Part shown: one piece after another, positions 63,871 to 64,000 of the stretch
Layout: the number at the start of each line of letters is the position of its first letter
How positions within the stretch are numbered: position 1 is the first letter of the stretch
Notes under the pieces: model-generated
Database searches by the model: none
What the model saw: only the letters and a program-made list of their open reading frames with translations
Told to the model about the DNA's origin: nothing
Origin: the human T2T-CHM13v2.0 reference genome, Homo sapiens
Assembly (NCBI RefSeq): GCF_009914755.1
Contig: NC_060934.1
Strand: one strand, 5' to 3'
DNA length: 64,000 nucleotides
Position numbers and translations under genes: made by a program

Positions 63871-64000
63871 GTAAGTCAGGAAGCACGCCTCTCCTTTTGA
63901 CCGTGCTATTGTCAGAATTTGGGGTTGGTTCCGAGGGCAAAGACAAGAAGCAGGGGAAGAGAACCAAGAATGATGATCAGACTTGTTAGCTTTCTGTCTT

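Overview
Primate genomic DNA, most likely human (AluJ/AluS/AluY/AluYe, L1PA, MER1B, MADE1/2). The window lies entirely inside the CELF2 (CUGBP2/ETR-3) gene on the + strand. Six consecutive coding exons with GT-AG boundaries (6194-6276, 37906-37954, 46496-46630, 55359-55438, 59424-59582, 63807-63870; 570 nt) splice in one frame. They encode the C-terminal half of RRM1, all of RRM2 and the start of the Q-rich divergent domain. The rest is intron with SINE, LINE and DNA-transposon fossils and simple repeats; the remaining six-frame ORFs are chance or repeat-derived. I found no RNA gene, CRISPR array or new protein-coding system. The most interesting signals are candidate hidden splicing features in this splicing-regulator gene: (i) a 9-nt in-frame microexon candidate (14563-14571, Leu-Thr-Trp into RRM1); (ii) a 150-nt poison-exon candidate (40842-40991) whose donor is also a CAG|GTAAG recursive-type site; (iii) UG, YCAY/CU and AATAAA clusters around the frameshifting 80-nt RRM2 exon; (iv) a possible stop-free 423-nt circRNA bracketed by inverted Alus. 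All four are sequence-based hypotheses that need RNA-seq and conservation checks. Repeat subfamily calls are from recalled consensus sequences, and the boundaries of old repeats are approximate.
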